Source of the DNA: Octopus vulgaris
Lineage: Eukaryota
Direction: 5' to 3'
Length of the DNA: 64,000 bases
Assembly (NCBI GenBank): GCA_951406725.2
Contig: OX597826.1
Coordinates: 40,796,001-40,860,000 of the forward strand
Of the stretch, positions 25,855 to 39,959 are shown piece after piece. The notes beneath the pieces are model-generated. The model had not been told where the DNA came from. It saw only the letters and a list, made by a program, of their open reading frames with translations, and did not search any database. The position numbers were made by a program, and so were the translations under genes. Numbering within the stretch: the first letter of the stretch is position 1; each line of letters starts with the position of its first letter.

Positions 25855-26134
25855 CACTCACACATACATATACAAATCTACGCACACACATACATACATA
25901 CACGTATACGCATACACGCACATACACATATACATGCGTACCCATACACGTGCACACACGCACGCGCATCCATATATATACACACACACACATATATATA
26001 CACGTGTGCAAGCATACATACATACTCATACGCGCACACATACTTACAAATACATATATGCACACACTTACACACATATATATACATACACATATACATG
26101 CATACATACATATATGCATACATACACACACGCA

Positions 26135-26178
<44 letters not shown>

Positions 26179-26237
26179 TATATACATATATAGATATATA
26201 TACACATACATACACATACACATACATACACACATAT

Positions 26238-26284
<47 letters not shown>

Positions 26285-26489
26285 TACATATATACACATA
26301 TACATACATATACATACACACACACATACATATATACATATACACTGATACACATACCCATACATACACATGCATATACTTATATCACTACATACTCACA
26401 TATATAAACATATATACATATACACACATACATATATACATGTACATACACATACGTATGCATATATATATATATACATATATATACAC

Positions 26490-26530
<41 letters not shown>

Positions 26531-26788
26531 TACATATACACATATACATGTATACATACGCAAAAATGATACACATATATACACATACACACACACAGAC
26601 AGATGCATATACATACATATATATATATAAACTACATATCTATATAAATACATACATAATACACATATACACACACATATATATACATTCATGCATATAC
26701 ATATACAAGTATACATACACATACATACACACACACGCGCACACATACATATACACACACACATATACAAATACATACATACACACAT

Positions 26789-26821
<33 letters not shown>

Positions 26822-27677
26822 CATACATGTACACATATACATATGTATATATATATCAACAAGGGAGGGTAAAGTTAATTAGTTATTAATCAATTTCATC
26901 AAGTGTTCAGTATGTAAAGGGACCATTATTATTTTGAGTAAACAATGTTAGAGGGAAAAAAATTCTCTAAGTAGTGGAAGAGGCTAAAAAACTTTATTGG
27001 CTGCTATTTCTAGAAAGTTTAGTATGTGGCAAAGTAATTTATTTTATTTTCCTAAGCCCTAATTATATAATATTTTATACATACATACACATACATAAGC
27101 ACATACATTTACACATACATATGCATATACATATATACACATATACATACAAACACATATACACATATACACACACACACACATGGGCACATAATATTGG
27201 ATTGTATATATATATATATGTATATGTATATTTGTATGTATGTATGTGTGTATGTGTAGGTATGTATAGGTACACATGTGTATGTGTATGTGTATGTATA
27301 TATGTGTGTATGTATGTATGTGCACACATGTATATATATGTATGCGTGTATATGTTTATATATATATATGTGTACATAGGTGTATGTGGGTGTATGTATA
27401 TATAGGTGTAAATATGTGTATATAGGGAACTAGGTGTGTTGTGTGTGCATGAGTGTATGTGCGTATGAATATATATTTTTATGTGTATATATGTATGTGT
27501 GGTCGTGGGTATATATATATATATATATACATGTGTGTATGCGTGCATGCATGGGAGTGAGTGTATGCATATATACGTGTGTGTATGTGTAGACAGGTAT
27601 AGGCATGTGCATGTGTATAAATTTGTATATGTGGGCGGGTGTATGTATGTGTGTATGTAGATATGTATGTATGTGTG

Positions 27678-27738
<61 letters not shown>

Positions 27739-28161
27739 ATATATATGTGTATGTATGTATGTGTGTGTAGATACGTATACATGTGTGTATAGGTATAAGT
27801 GAGAATCTCCTTATTTACCTATAACTCTATCCCCCCTTTTTTTATATATATATATTTTTTTATATATATATTTTATATATATATTTTTTTATATATATAT
27901 ATTTTTTTATATTTTTTATATTTTTATTTTTTATTATTTTTTTTATTTTTTTATTTTTTTATTTTTTTTTTTTATTTTATTTTTATTTTTTATTTTTTTT
28001 TTATTTTTTATTTATCTATTCTTTCATCTAACTTACCACTGACTCCTTGACCACTCCCCCAAGTATGATATTTTGCGCTATGCCTACCCCCAAAAAGTCC
28101 CCCACCACCACTCCTTTAAACCTGCCTAAATGTATAAATGCTAATACAATTCTTGTTAAAT

Positions 28162-28212
28162 AGCTTCCTGAAGATTTCTCTTGAATGAAACAGTACTAGT
28201 CCTGTAGAAGCT
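28162..28212 (+). ncRNA. Type I hammerhead ribozyme motif (right arm)
   Basis: AGCTTC-CTGAAGA-t-TTC-tctt-GAA-t-GAAA-CAG-tactagtc-CTG-TA-GAAGCT: 6-bp stem I, GUA site, U.U at 10.1:11.1, AATAAA about 10 nt downstream. Confidence 0.65.
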
Positions 28213-28227
28213 CCTTCTATATAATAA

Positions 28228-28264
<37 letters not shown>

Positions 28265-28297
28265 CCTATATATATATATATATATATATATATACCC

Positions 28298-28348
<51 letters not shown>

Positions 28349-28494
28349 GCATGTATACTTGTATATAGAGGCAGCTGATGATTGAGATATGTTAGATTGT
28401 TAGTATGGCTGTTAGTGTATGTGCGGAATAGTATTATACCACATCCATTTGATATATACATGTATATTTTATGGTTACGCATATACATACATAC

Positions 28495-28540
<46 letters not shown>

Positions 28541-28805
28541 TGAGAGATGGTAAAAGATGCAGGGAATGTTATATATTTGTCCACACTTATTTTCCCTTTT
28601 AATTCATCGTAAAAGTAAAAATAAAAAAATAGATTCAAAAGAGAAACGTTGGTAAATCTATGTATTTTGAAACAATAAAAACTTTTCCTACAAATACACT
28701 GCAATCATAAATGGCACGTTTGATTGGTCCCAGAAAGCAATTAAATTTTTGCAATGTTTCCTTAGTTGCAAATACATATACACACATGCAAACACACAAT
28801 TACTT

Positions 28806-28909
<104 letters not shown>

Positions 28910-29403
28910 AATATATATATATACATATATATATATATACATATATATACATATGTATATACATATATACATACATATATACATATATACATATATACAT
29001 ATATACATACATATATGTGTGTGTGTGTAATCAGTTGAACGTTAGAAAAATTACTCAAAGGACCCCCAGAATTTTGTGCATGGCACTTATCAAACCTGTC
29101 AGTTTGACGTGTGTGTGTGCGCGTGTGTGCATGTATCTGTGATTGCGTGTCTGTGTGTGAGTGATTCCGTGTGCGTGCGTGTTTGCGTGTGCATGAGTGT
29201 GTAATTTGTAAAATGGCGTCATACCTCTTCTCTAAGTCCTAAGAAAATCAAGAGCAAGCATTCGGCACAGAAAATCTGGTGGCTGTTCTAGGAGGATGAA
29301 ACTGACGTCATTCTCGTTGTTTCACTGGAACCTGGCTGCAATGTGTACACCGAAATGCGCATTGAAACTTTTAAAAAACTTGACATTTGTATTCCTTTTT
29401 TCA

Positions 29404-29474
<71 letters not shown>

Positions 29475-29996
29475 TCATCATCATCATCATTGTTCGACCG
29501 TGGTCGAGACAATGGAATTTACCATGCTACGCCAGACTTCACGGTCCATCATGGCATTACGGAGGTCCTGTTGCTGGATGCCTGTATCCCTGGAGATTAC
29601 ATCAGGGTAGGAGAGTGTGCGCCCTCTGGTATTGCGAGTAGATGGCTTCCAGAGGAGAAGAGTAGAAATTACTTCTTTTTCAGCTCTACAACAATGTCCA
29701 GCAAACTGGACTCTCCTACCTTTCACAAGAGATAACACAGGTGGTAGTTTCCCATATATTTGCATTTTGGTTGGATGGCGCTTCCACGAGAGATTTTGAG
29801 CTCTCATAAGGAGGCGAGTGTAGGTTCCATCCAACCGCCTCTCAAGCTTCTTTGATAACATCCAGGTTTCTGAGCCATATAGTAGAATTGGTTCGACTGT
29901 GGCTTTGAATATTTCAAGTTTGAAGTCTCTACTTAGATTTGATGACCAGATTTTATGCATGTCATTACAGGCTGACCAGGCCATACCTTTTCTGCC
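29475..29996 (-). mobile_element. RTE-group LINE, 5'-truncated young fragment in (CA)n
   Basis: Open frame KGMAWSACNDMHKIWSS...IFKATVEPILLYGSETW...RRVQFAGHC...DREVWR; the stop runs straight into a (TGA)n tail. Confidence 0.9.
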
Positions 29997-30329
29997 ACAC
30001 ACACACACACACACGCGCACACACACATATACACACACACTTTTATCTTCTACTTGTGGCAGTCATTAGATTGAGGCCATACTGGGGCACGGCATGGAAC
30101 AATTTGTTTTAGTCGAATGAATCGACCTCATAACATTTCGAAACCAAACACATCTTTGACATCAAACCAAGTTACCGGCAAATTGGACACCCTCAGAGGT
30201 TCCTCCTCCATCTACCGTACAGCCGGTATCTGGTGCACTCCCAGCTGAGTCTAATGAAGGATCGTCTTCGGGGACAACGACATGATGAGGCGGACAGGGT
30301 GAAAGCGGTTGTAAAAATGTGCACAACAA

Positions 30330-30490
30330 GCGCAGGTGTGGCCGTGTGGTAAGAAGTTTGCTTCCCAACGACATGGTTCCGAGTTCAGTCGCAATGCGTG
30401 GCTCTTTGCACAAATGTCTTTTACTGTGGCCTCGGATCGACCATAGCCTTGTGAGAGGATTTGGTAGACGGAAACTGAAATAAGACCGTT
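30330..30490 (+). mobile_element. SINE family A, 5' part
   Basis: gcgcaggtgtggccgtgtggtaagaagtttgcttcccaac...ggtagacggaaactgaaa. Confidence 0.8.
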
Positions 30491-30804
30491 GTGTGTGTGT
30501 GTGTGTGTGTGCATGTGTGTGTGCGTGCGTGTGCGTATACGTGTGTATGTGTGACAAAACAGTGCTGACTTCACATGTTCTTCAAAAAGGTTCCAAGAAT
30601 TGGGTTCAACGGTGGTGCAAATACATCGCATGGGATAGATACTGAGTTAAGTAGCTTCATTGTTCAAAGGATGATCTTATATACCAACACGAGTAATTTG
30701 AAGAAGCATGTCAATTGTTCACAAAAATTATGGTAACTTCTGCATTACTTTCAGGATATCCTATATGTGTGTACATACGTACACACACACACACACACAC
30801 ACTT

Positions 30805-31173
<369 letters not shown>

Positions 31174-31486
31174 TGTGTGTGTGTGTGTGTGTGTGTAATT
31201 GAAAAAAGGAATACAAATGGCTTTTCTGATAATTTTTCAACTCTGGTGTCGTTTGTTCGTTCGAAGCCCTAACTCTCCACAAATTTTATATTTTTTAAAC
31301 TTCTGGATGCTGCTGTCTTATGAAGTCTTCCTGCCTTGTCGTTAAAAGCACGAAACAGGTAGTAATAAACAGTCTACATCTGAGGAGGGGTTAGACTTCT
31401 TTTGGTATTTTGTCCCGTACTTGTCTATCGTTGTGTGTACGCATTTTTCACTTGATGGTAATGTCCTGTACTTAATATGTACTGTA

Positions 31487-32217
31487 CTTGGAAGGAAGGT
31501 GGATAGCGTGTGATCGTCGCTTTGACCATGACAGAGAAAGCTGTCAGGGCGATACCTGCTCAGAGGCATACGCAAAGTTCCAGTGTGTGAAGAGGAGTGT
31601 ATGGGCCGCACATGAGTGTACGAGGGGTTCAGACGTTTCCAAGAGGGCCGAAAGAAATTTGGATATTGACGAAATTCTGGGAGAGTCGTAATCAGCAGAA
31701 CTGAGGGAAACATCAACATGTGCATGCAGCTGTGAGAGAAATCGTCGAATCACCATCTGTGAGTTATCAGAGGATGTGCAGATTAGTTATGGTTCAGTTC
31801 AGTCCATTATCACTGAAGATTTGGGTATGAGACGCGTGTCTGCCAAGTTTGTACCAAAAGTGCTTTTCAGCTGGCCAAATAGATACTAGGGTTTCAGTTG
31901 TACAAGATCTCCTTGATTGTGTTGAGAACGATGAAAACTTATTCGAAAACTTTGCGTAGGCCTCTGAGCAGGTATCGCCATGCTTTTGGCAAAATTTGAT
32001 ACAGATTCTCTGCTCAACTTACTCTGTCATGTTCAATGCGATGGTCATACGCTACACACCTTTCTTCCAAGCAGTGCTGGAAATCACAGAGGTGAGCTGG
32101 AGCGTTGAAACTTAGTGCGCATTCACAGCAAAGTCCAAAGTTAATCTGTGCCGAGCGACTTCACTCTGCGTGCTTTAGATTCGTTTCTATGGCAACAGTT
32201 CGGATACTTATTGATCA
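31487..32217 (+). mobile_element. Second copy of the foldback mariner derivative (left TIR lost)
   Basis: Collinear with 20620-21308, same internal junction (gatgaaaactt...aaaacttt), right TIR cggatacttattgatca. Confidence 0.85.
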
Positions 32218-32310
32218 AACAATGCATGTAGACTTAAATAAGATTATTCTTCAGAATCTAATTCTTTGATAAAGAAAAAAAGGTCGCTAAAACATACGAA
32301 TGATCATTTG

Positions 32311-32416
<106 letters not shown>

Positions 32417-32931
32417 TGTGTGCGCGTGTGTGTACCTCTGTACGTTAGCGGGTGTATGAGAATGTGGCAGCTAACGTGACAGGAACCTCGTTTACCCACG
32501 TTCAATAATATCCTGAATTGTTTATAAAGTCCACCCGATATCTACCCAGCATTATATACATCCCATTGCAATTATGGCAGTAGTCATTATGTAGAAACGC
32601 AAATATATACACCCACGCACACATACACATTTACACAGTAGCATACACAGACTCACACACTTACACACACAATGACACACACACACAATCACACACGCAC
32701 ATGCACACAAGAAAGTACTCACACATGCGGACCCATAGACGAATATACATGTTTAAAACAATTTGTGCATGTTTATATACCTATTTATATATTGGAGTAT
32801 AAAATGTTATATATATTTATATACAATTGTGTGTGTGTATGTGTGTGTATACGTTATGTACAGTCAAAAACAATAAATACACACACATGTCTTTATACAC
32901 ATATACACAGATGTAAATATATGTGTGGGTG

Positions 32932-32962
<31 letters not shown>

Positions 32963-33089
32963 GCATGCATGTATTTATGCGTATATATATATATATATAT
33001 ACATATATATATACAAATATATATATATATATACACACAGACACACACAGAGGCATGCATGTATGTATGTATGTATGTATGTATTTATG

Positions 33090-33152
<63 letters not shown>

Positions 33153-33360
33153 ATATATATATATCTGCTGTAATATTTACAGCTTTTAATAAAATGTTGT
33201 AGTATGAAACAATTGTACTAAATTACCGGATTCATTCTTGTTGCTTATTTTTGATTATAATCACTCCGCATATTTTTATGGGTAACACCATAAAAATTCT
33301 GGTGCATCTAAATTAAGTGCCATATTCATTTGAATCTAAATTGTTGCTGAACTTATATAC

Positions 33361-33436
<76 letters not shown>

Positions 33437-33656
33437 GCACGCCCGGCAACGCTGGTCGCCTACCGTGAAAAATATAAAAAGAACCTTTTTCACTCTATCG
33501 TTTCAATAAATCACTATTGTTCCTGGGAGTTGTATATATTTTCTACGGATTGATTGAAGCCACTTTTCTACCTGTCCTTCGATCCCTGCATCTCTCTCTC
33601 GCTCTCTCTCTCTTTCTTTATGTATATGTATATATGTGTGTGTGTATGTATGTATG

Positions 33657-33708
<52 letters not shown>

Positions 33709-33855
33709 AGTATATATTATATCTACACGCACACGCCACCCACACATTCATGTTTCGGTATTAGTATAGGACATTAGTCATGGATGAGTTTGTGTGCGAG
33801 ATTATGTTTGTGTGTCAGTAATGGCGTAACGTGATAGACTTTATTGCAAGTTTGT

Positions 33856-33887
<32 letters not shown>

Positions 33888-33905
33888 CATACGTGCATAC
33901 GTACG

Positions 33906-33974
<69 letters not shown>

Positions 33975-34207
33975 TACATATACATGTCTATATATATATT
34001 CATACATTTGCATGATTATGTATACATATCTAATTTATAGATGTATTCGTGTGTGCTAATATATGTGTGTGCGTGTGTGAAAGTGTACACACGAATGTCC
34101 GCCAGTACGTTCATATAATTAGTTAGATTGTTGTGTTAACAAATCAGAGGAAATGAATTTAATACTGGCATCAGAACTTAAAGTGGTTAAACAGATAGCT
34201 AGCTAGC

Positions 34208-34243
<36 letters not shown>

Positions 34244-34249
34244 TGGGGG

Positions 34250-34280
<31 letters not shown>

Positions 34281-34648
34281 TAGATTGAGAGAAAGAAAGA
34301 GAGAAAGAGAGAGAGAGAGAGATGTGTAGGATACATTTGTTTAAATGGTTATAATTCTACATATGTTGTAGACGTGCGTGAATTAGAATGCTTCTGTGTG
34401 AGACCATATCTTCGTAACAGTTCCAGACGTTCTCCGATAAAGATACAAACACACACGTGTAGGGGGTGAGATTTGTTGTGGAAGTTATCTAGTGTATGTC
34501 AATGTGTGTGACTGAATATCCATGCATGCGCAGGCGCGTTCGGGCCACGCGGGGCACGACATGATGAATGCGTGCTAATGCGTTATTTCGTTAACGTTTG
34601 CTTGCGTATTATATACATACATATATATATATATGTATGCATATACGT

Positions 34649-34679
<31 letters not shown>

Positions 34680-34832
34680 CATAAATATGCATATATATAT
34701 ATACATACATATATACATGTATGCATATACACACCATTATACATATATATATATATACTTATATTATAAAATTTATGTGCATATGTATGTGTATGTATAA
34801 TTATAAAATTTATGTGCATATGTATGTGTATG

Positions 34833-34872
<40 letters not shown>

Positions 34873-34944
34873 TACCCAGGCACAAAATACTTATTTACAT
34901 TTATGAATGTATGTGTCTGTGCGTGTATGTATGTCTGGGCATCT

Positions 34945-35050
34945 ATGTCATTACTCAGTTTATTTCCAGATTTCTTACCAATAGAGAATGACTGGTTTCT
35001 GACCTAGATCTGAGGTTCTTTCATTGGAATTTCAACATCAACAAGGTATT
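34945..35050 (-). mobile_element. ~110-bp RLE-LINE 3'-UTR unit in (CATA)n context
   Basis: Reverse complement resembles 61846-61952 and 62008-62118 (gttgaaattccaatgaa...tagaaacc...ctattgg.aagaaatct.gaaataaa). Confidence 0.7.
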
Positions 35051-35063
35051 TTTGTATGTATGT

Positions 35064-35195
35064 AGGCGCAGGCATGGCTGTAGCTAGAAGTTTACCTCCC
35101 AAACATATATTTCCGGTTTCGGCCCACTGCATAGCTCCGTGAGCAAATCTCTTCTATAGTCCCGGGCCGACCAAAGCATGTGAGTGGATTTGGTA
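35064..35195 (+). mobile_element. SINE family A head
   Basis: ggcgcaggcatggctgtag...ccgggccgaccaaagcatgtgagtggatttggta. Confidence 0.7.
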
Positions 35196-35423
35196 CACAT
35201 ATATTTGGTTAAAAAGAGACGATGAACGATGGCTAGAAGAATACTGAGCTTTATTTGATAACCAGTTGATCTAGCAAACGGGGCCTCATATCAGTGCGCA
35301 TTCATGACGACGATAGGTAGGCCCGAAACGGCGCACATCCTCTCCTGATGACCCCATTTACTTGCTGGCTTCTGGTATGCGGAGCTCTCGTCTGGTAGGA
35401 CTTGCACGTGCAAGTTGTTTGCA

Positions 35424-35479
<56 letters not shown>

Positions 35480-35745
35480 CATATATAAATAAGCAAAATA
35501 AGCAACAAGGATATCCGTGTGTTTGAAAACGCTAAGAACTGAAAGCGCTTCTATACCTATTAAAGCAAAGCCCACACACATTTTGTGAAATCTCTTCCCA
35601 AAGGTTTAGTGACTTTCGACTTTCTAAAAAGGTTCTTTTCCCAATCTTAGCTCTTTGAGAAAAAAATCTTCTTTCCAAATATTATAACTGTATCAAGGAA
35701 TTTCCAAAACACTTTAAATATATGTTTATATATGTGTGTGTGTAT

Positions 35746-35814
<69 letters not shown>

Positions 35815-35821
35815 GTGTGTG

Positions 35822-36369
35822 TACAGGGTTATCCAAAAAGAATGAACCGATTTGATTAGGCAATATTTTCTAATAAGGAAAAGCAATAGAAAACTCCAGC
35901 TAAGTCACAAGTATTTACTCACAATCAACTTTTATCTCCTGGTTTGAAGTGACTAATGTGGGCACCACCTGCAGCACGGGCAACATCAATGCAATAAGAG
36001 AATTCCTCCCAAACGCGTATCAGCATATCACGATCCACTGAGTTGATCACTGTTGTTATTCGATGTTTAAAGTGATCGAGGTTGGTGAGTAGCGGTGGAG
36101 TTTTCTAAGTTTTGAACGGCTGCCACACCTGAAACATCACATAACAACAGCCATTAACTCAGTGGATCGCGATATGTTGATACGCGTCTAGGAGGAATTC
36201 TCTTATCGCATTGATATTGCCCGTGCAGCAGATGGTGGCCACATTGAACACCTGTAAGACAGGAAATAAAAGTTGATTGGGAGTAAATACTTGTGACCTA
36301 GCTGGAGTTTCCTATTGCTTTTCCTTATCAAAATATTGCATAATTAAATAGGTTCATTCTTTTTGAATA

Positions 36370-36377
<8 letters not shown>
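35822..36377. mobile_element. Foldback Tc1/mariner-superfamily MITE (two 3' ends)
   Basis: TA-cagggttatccaaaaagaatgaacc ... ggttcattctttttgaataaccct-ATA. Arms ~240 bp, each encoding a transposase C-terminus (HRITTVINSVDRDMLIRVWEEFSY.IDVARAAGGAHI). Confidence 0.85.
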
Positions 36378-36411
<34 letters not shown>

Positions 36412-36412
<1 letters not shown>

Positions 36413-36572
36413 GACGAGCTTCTTTCAGTTTCCGTCTACAGAATCCACTCACAACGCTTTGGTCGACCCGTGGCTATTGTAGAAGACACCTAACAAAAAT
36501 GTCAGTGGGATTGGACCTGGAACTATATATGGTTGAGAAGCAAGCTTCTTACCACACAGTCACGCCTGCGCC
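36412..36572 (-). mobile_element. SINE family A, 5' part
   Basis: cttctttcagtttccgtctac...cttaccacacagtcacgcctgcgcc. Confidence 0.8.
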
Positions 36573-37074
36573 TTGTCACTTTCACTCGAGTGTTCTCTAA
36601 GAGCCAACGATGTTGTCATTTTAAACCCACGAAGACATCTCCAGCTGGTTATTCAGTGCGCTTTCGCACTCGATATTTATTGCAAACGAAAGAGAACCTC
36701 TTCCACCCTAGCTCAGAGGCCACCAGATGACATGATTTCGACCTTATTGTATCATTCCAGTGGTGGGTACGCGTTTGCCCGACATAGCAGTAGTCTGACT
36801 TCGTTTGCAATATATAGAAAAACAGTGTCATGCAGTCACTGATCTTCTAACTAGCTAATATCGAACAGTGAAAATGAATGATCAAAACCCATTGGTGGAA
36901 AAATATTCATTATTTGCGGATTAACAAGGCCACCATTGGTTTCATACCAAAAGATCTTTACAATTGGTCAAGCGTGCCACATACGTGCGTGCGTGATTGT
37001 GTGTCTGTGTGTGCTTGTGTATGTGTGCGTGTGCGTGTGTGCGTGTGTGTGTGCGTGTGCGTGCGTACGTGCTT

Positions 37075-37238
37075 CGCCACTTGACTACCGATTTACTTAG
37101 CGGTCCGGCAAAACAGAAGGTAAATGAGTGCCGGCTTTAAAAAAAAATAAGTTCTGGTGTGGATCTGTTCGACTAAAACACTTCAAGGTGGTACCCCAGC
37201 GTGGCCGCATTAGCTGAAACGAGTAGTGAAAGATAAAA
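37075..37238 (+). mobile_element. SINE family A, 3' part
   Basis: acttagcggtccggcaaaa...ttcgactaaaacacttcaaggtggtaccccagcgtggccgca. Confidence 0.7.
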
Positions 37239-37324
37239 TATACATACACACACAAACATATAAGTATGTATACATATATGTATGTATGCATGTAGGTGTG
37301 AGTATATATATATATATATGTGAG

Positions 37325-37359
<35 letters not shown>

Positions 37360-37606
37360 GTATATGTATATGTATGTGCATGTATGTATGTGTATGTATG
37401 TATGTATGCATGTATGTATGTATGTATATATTTATATATATGCGTGTATAAAAATCGCGTATCAGTTGTCCAAACGTGGTGCCTCGAATGACAGGCTGGT
37501 GTGTATGTGTGTGTGAATGTGTGTGTACGTGTGCGTGTGTGCGTGTGTGTGTATGCGTGTGTATGTGTGTATGGGCATATATATATACATATATATTGTA
37601 AAATAC

Positions 37607-37645
<39 letters not shown>

Positions 37646-37666
37646 AAGAAAGGAAGAAAGAAAAGG

Positions 37667-37701
<35 letters not shown>

Positions 37702-38160
37702 AATGAGAGAAAGGAAGAAAGAAAGAGGCTATGCGCGCGTGTATGCATTAGTTGAGATTAGTTGAGTGAGTGCAGATCTGAGATTTATCAACCATCACCA
37801 TCTGAGAGAAGGCCATGTGCACACGATGTGTGTGTGTGTGTGTCTGTGTCTGTGTGTGCGCGTGTGTGTCTGTGTGTGCGTGCGCGTGTGGATACTTGCT
37901 TGTTCCTATATAGGTATATACATATGTGTATATGTATCTAATCAAATTCTCTATATATTTAAGTATACATCGTTCTTTGTGTGTGTCAGTTCACATTTCT
38001 GGGAAAGCACCCGTGTATCAGCTATCAGAGTTATCAATTTATCACACAACAGCAGCAACAACAACAACAGCAACAATATACAGAAGAAAAAAAATATACA
38101 GAACAAAAAATTATTTTAGATCTGGTTAGGCTGTAATAATAGCTGTATGTCCAGGTGTGC

Positions 38161-38201
<41 letters not shown>

Positions 38202-38357
38202 CATGTGTGCGCGTGTGTGTGTTTGCTTGTGTGCGCGTATATTTGTATGTATGTCTGTTTGTGTGTGTGTGTGTGTGTTTCTTTGTGCATGTTTATTTAT
38301 CTGCTTGTGGAAGTTTGAGCGCACACACGTGCATATATATGTGCATATATTATATAT

Positions 38358-38418
<61 letters not shown>

Positions 38419-38437
38419 GTATTTATTAATATGTAGC

Positions 38438-38545
38438 AGAAGCCAAAGAGTGACCCAAGAGCTGAGAGTTGGCACTTATCAAACGTAAGTTTGATAAGTG
38501 CTAACGCACGAAAGTTTAGGCCCTTGAGTTACTCTATTGCTTCTA
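38438..38545 (+). other. Decayed type I hammerhead-like structure with a 17-bp GTAA-capped hairpin
   Basis: agaagc..agagtgacccaagag-CTGAGA-gttggcacttatcaaac-GTAA-gtttgataagtgctaac-gcac-GAAA-gtttaggc-cc-ttgagttactct..gcttct, followed by AATAAA and ATATTACTC. Confidence 0.45.
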
Positions 38546-38633
38546 CAAAGCATTAATAAAAGATACATACATATTACTCAAGCTTTCAGTTCTATTTTTC
38601 CTGTTTGCCTCACCAAACCTATATATATATATA

Positions 38634-38862
38634 TTTCTTTACTACCCACGAGGGGCTAAACACAGAGACGACAAACAAGGACAGACAAACGGATTAAGTC
38701 GATTATATCGACCCCAGTGCGTAGCTGGTATTTATTTAATCAACCCCGAAAGGATGAAAGGCAAAGTCGACCTCGGCGGAATTTGAACACAGAACATAAG
38801 GGCAGACGAAATACGGCTACGCATTTCGCCCGGCGTGCTAACGTTTCTGCCAGCTCGCCGCC
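38634..38862 (-). mobile_element. SINE family B, full length
   Basis: Minus: ggcggcgagctggcagaaacgttagcacgccgggcgaaat...gttcaaattccgccgaggtcgactttgcctttcatcctttcgggg...gtagtaaagaaat. Confidence 0.9.
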
Positions 38863-38868
38863 TTATAC

Positions 38869-38913
<45 letters not shown>

Positions 38914-39080
38914 TATATATACAAGAACATCATAGTAGTATGTTCACTCTCCGTCTGTACTATTATCATGTTCTTAAGAATGAAATTATCTCTCTGTCTA
39001 TATATCTACGTTCTTTATAATGTTGGCAAATGAAACAGGGTTAAGAATGTGCATTGTCCATTTAATTGGAAAATTCTATA

Positions 39081-39168
39081 AGTGGCTGAAGATTGCTCGA
39101 CATTTTAAAACTGAGGTAATACTTACAGTGTTTAATAAAATGAAGTAGCATGAAACAATTGTACTACT
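39081..39168 (+). ncRNA. Minimal type I hammerhead motif with large loop II
   Basis: AGTGG-CTGAAGA-t-TGCT-(~49 nt)-AGCA-t-GAAA-CAATTG-TA-CTACT; palindromic stem III. The 3' half recurs at about 33165-33250. Confidence 0.6.
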
Positions 39169-39197
39169 CTACCTTGGATATGCTTGTTGCTTATTTT

Positions 39198-39596
39198 CTC
39201 TTTCTCTTTCTCTTTTACTTGTTTCAGTCATTTGACTGCGGCCATGCTGGAGCACCGCCTTTAATCGAGCAACTCGACCCCGGGACTTATTCTTTGTAAG
39301 CCCAGTACTTATTCTATCGGTCTCTTTTTTGCCGAACCGCAAAGTGACGGGGACGTAAACACACCAGCATCGGTTGTCAAGCGATGCTAGGGGGACAAAC
39401 ACAGACACACAAACACACACATATATATATATATACATATATACGACAGGCTTCTTTCAGTTTCCGTCTACCAAATCCACTCACAAGGCATTGGTCGGCC
39501 CGGGGCTATAGCAGAAGACACTTGCCCAAGATGCCACGCAGTGGGACTGAACCCGGAACCATGTGGTTGGTTAGCAAGCTACTTACCACACAGCCA
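39198..39596 (-). mobile_element. SINE family A, young near-full copy
   Basis: Highly similar to 23614-24037 and 41291-41692; begins at TGGCTGTGTGG. Confidence 0.9.
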
Positions 39597-39959
39597 TATA
39601 AATATATATAGTCAAAATATATAATCAAAATAGATAGTCAATTATAATATTTAATTAAATGTTGTTTAGTTTAATCGTATACACGCCAATGAATTTGTTA
39701 GATAGATGTTTTATTTGGGTTTCCAATTGGTCCTTATTTTCTTAGTTTTCTTTTCAGTCTCAACTTACTACTTGTCAGGAAGTTTTGTAAAAAAAAGGAT
39801 GAATCTATTTCGTGTTTTCTTTAAAGTTTTTTTCTTTTATTATTTTTACGACAACAAAAACCCGGGAGGCTGTTAAATTTTTTTTTTTTTTTAAACTTTT
39901 GTGTGTCTCACGTGAATATATCAAGTCTTCAAAAGAAAAAAAGTAGAGTTTCAGGAGAC

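Larger units (their letters stand above)
24209..28229. repeat. 4-kb inverted repeat: ~1-kb arms 24209-25199 and 27195-28229, ~2-kb spacer; PLE/retrozyme-like
   Basis: Unique segments are reverse complements (e.g. 24211-24420 vs 28018-28227). The ORF track gives the same peptides on opposite strands (MRISLFTYNSIPPFF..., MCMCINLYMWAG...). Confidence 0.95.

Noticed and set aside
30131-30310. GC-richer segment as a possible host exon
   Set aside because: No recognisable domain or convincing splice sites; bounded by SINE pieces.
35281-35360. ATGACGA...cccGAAACG...CTGATGA cluster
   Set aside because: No consistent set of three stems in any strand order.
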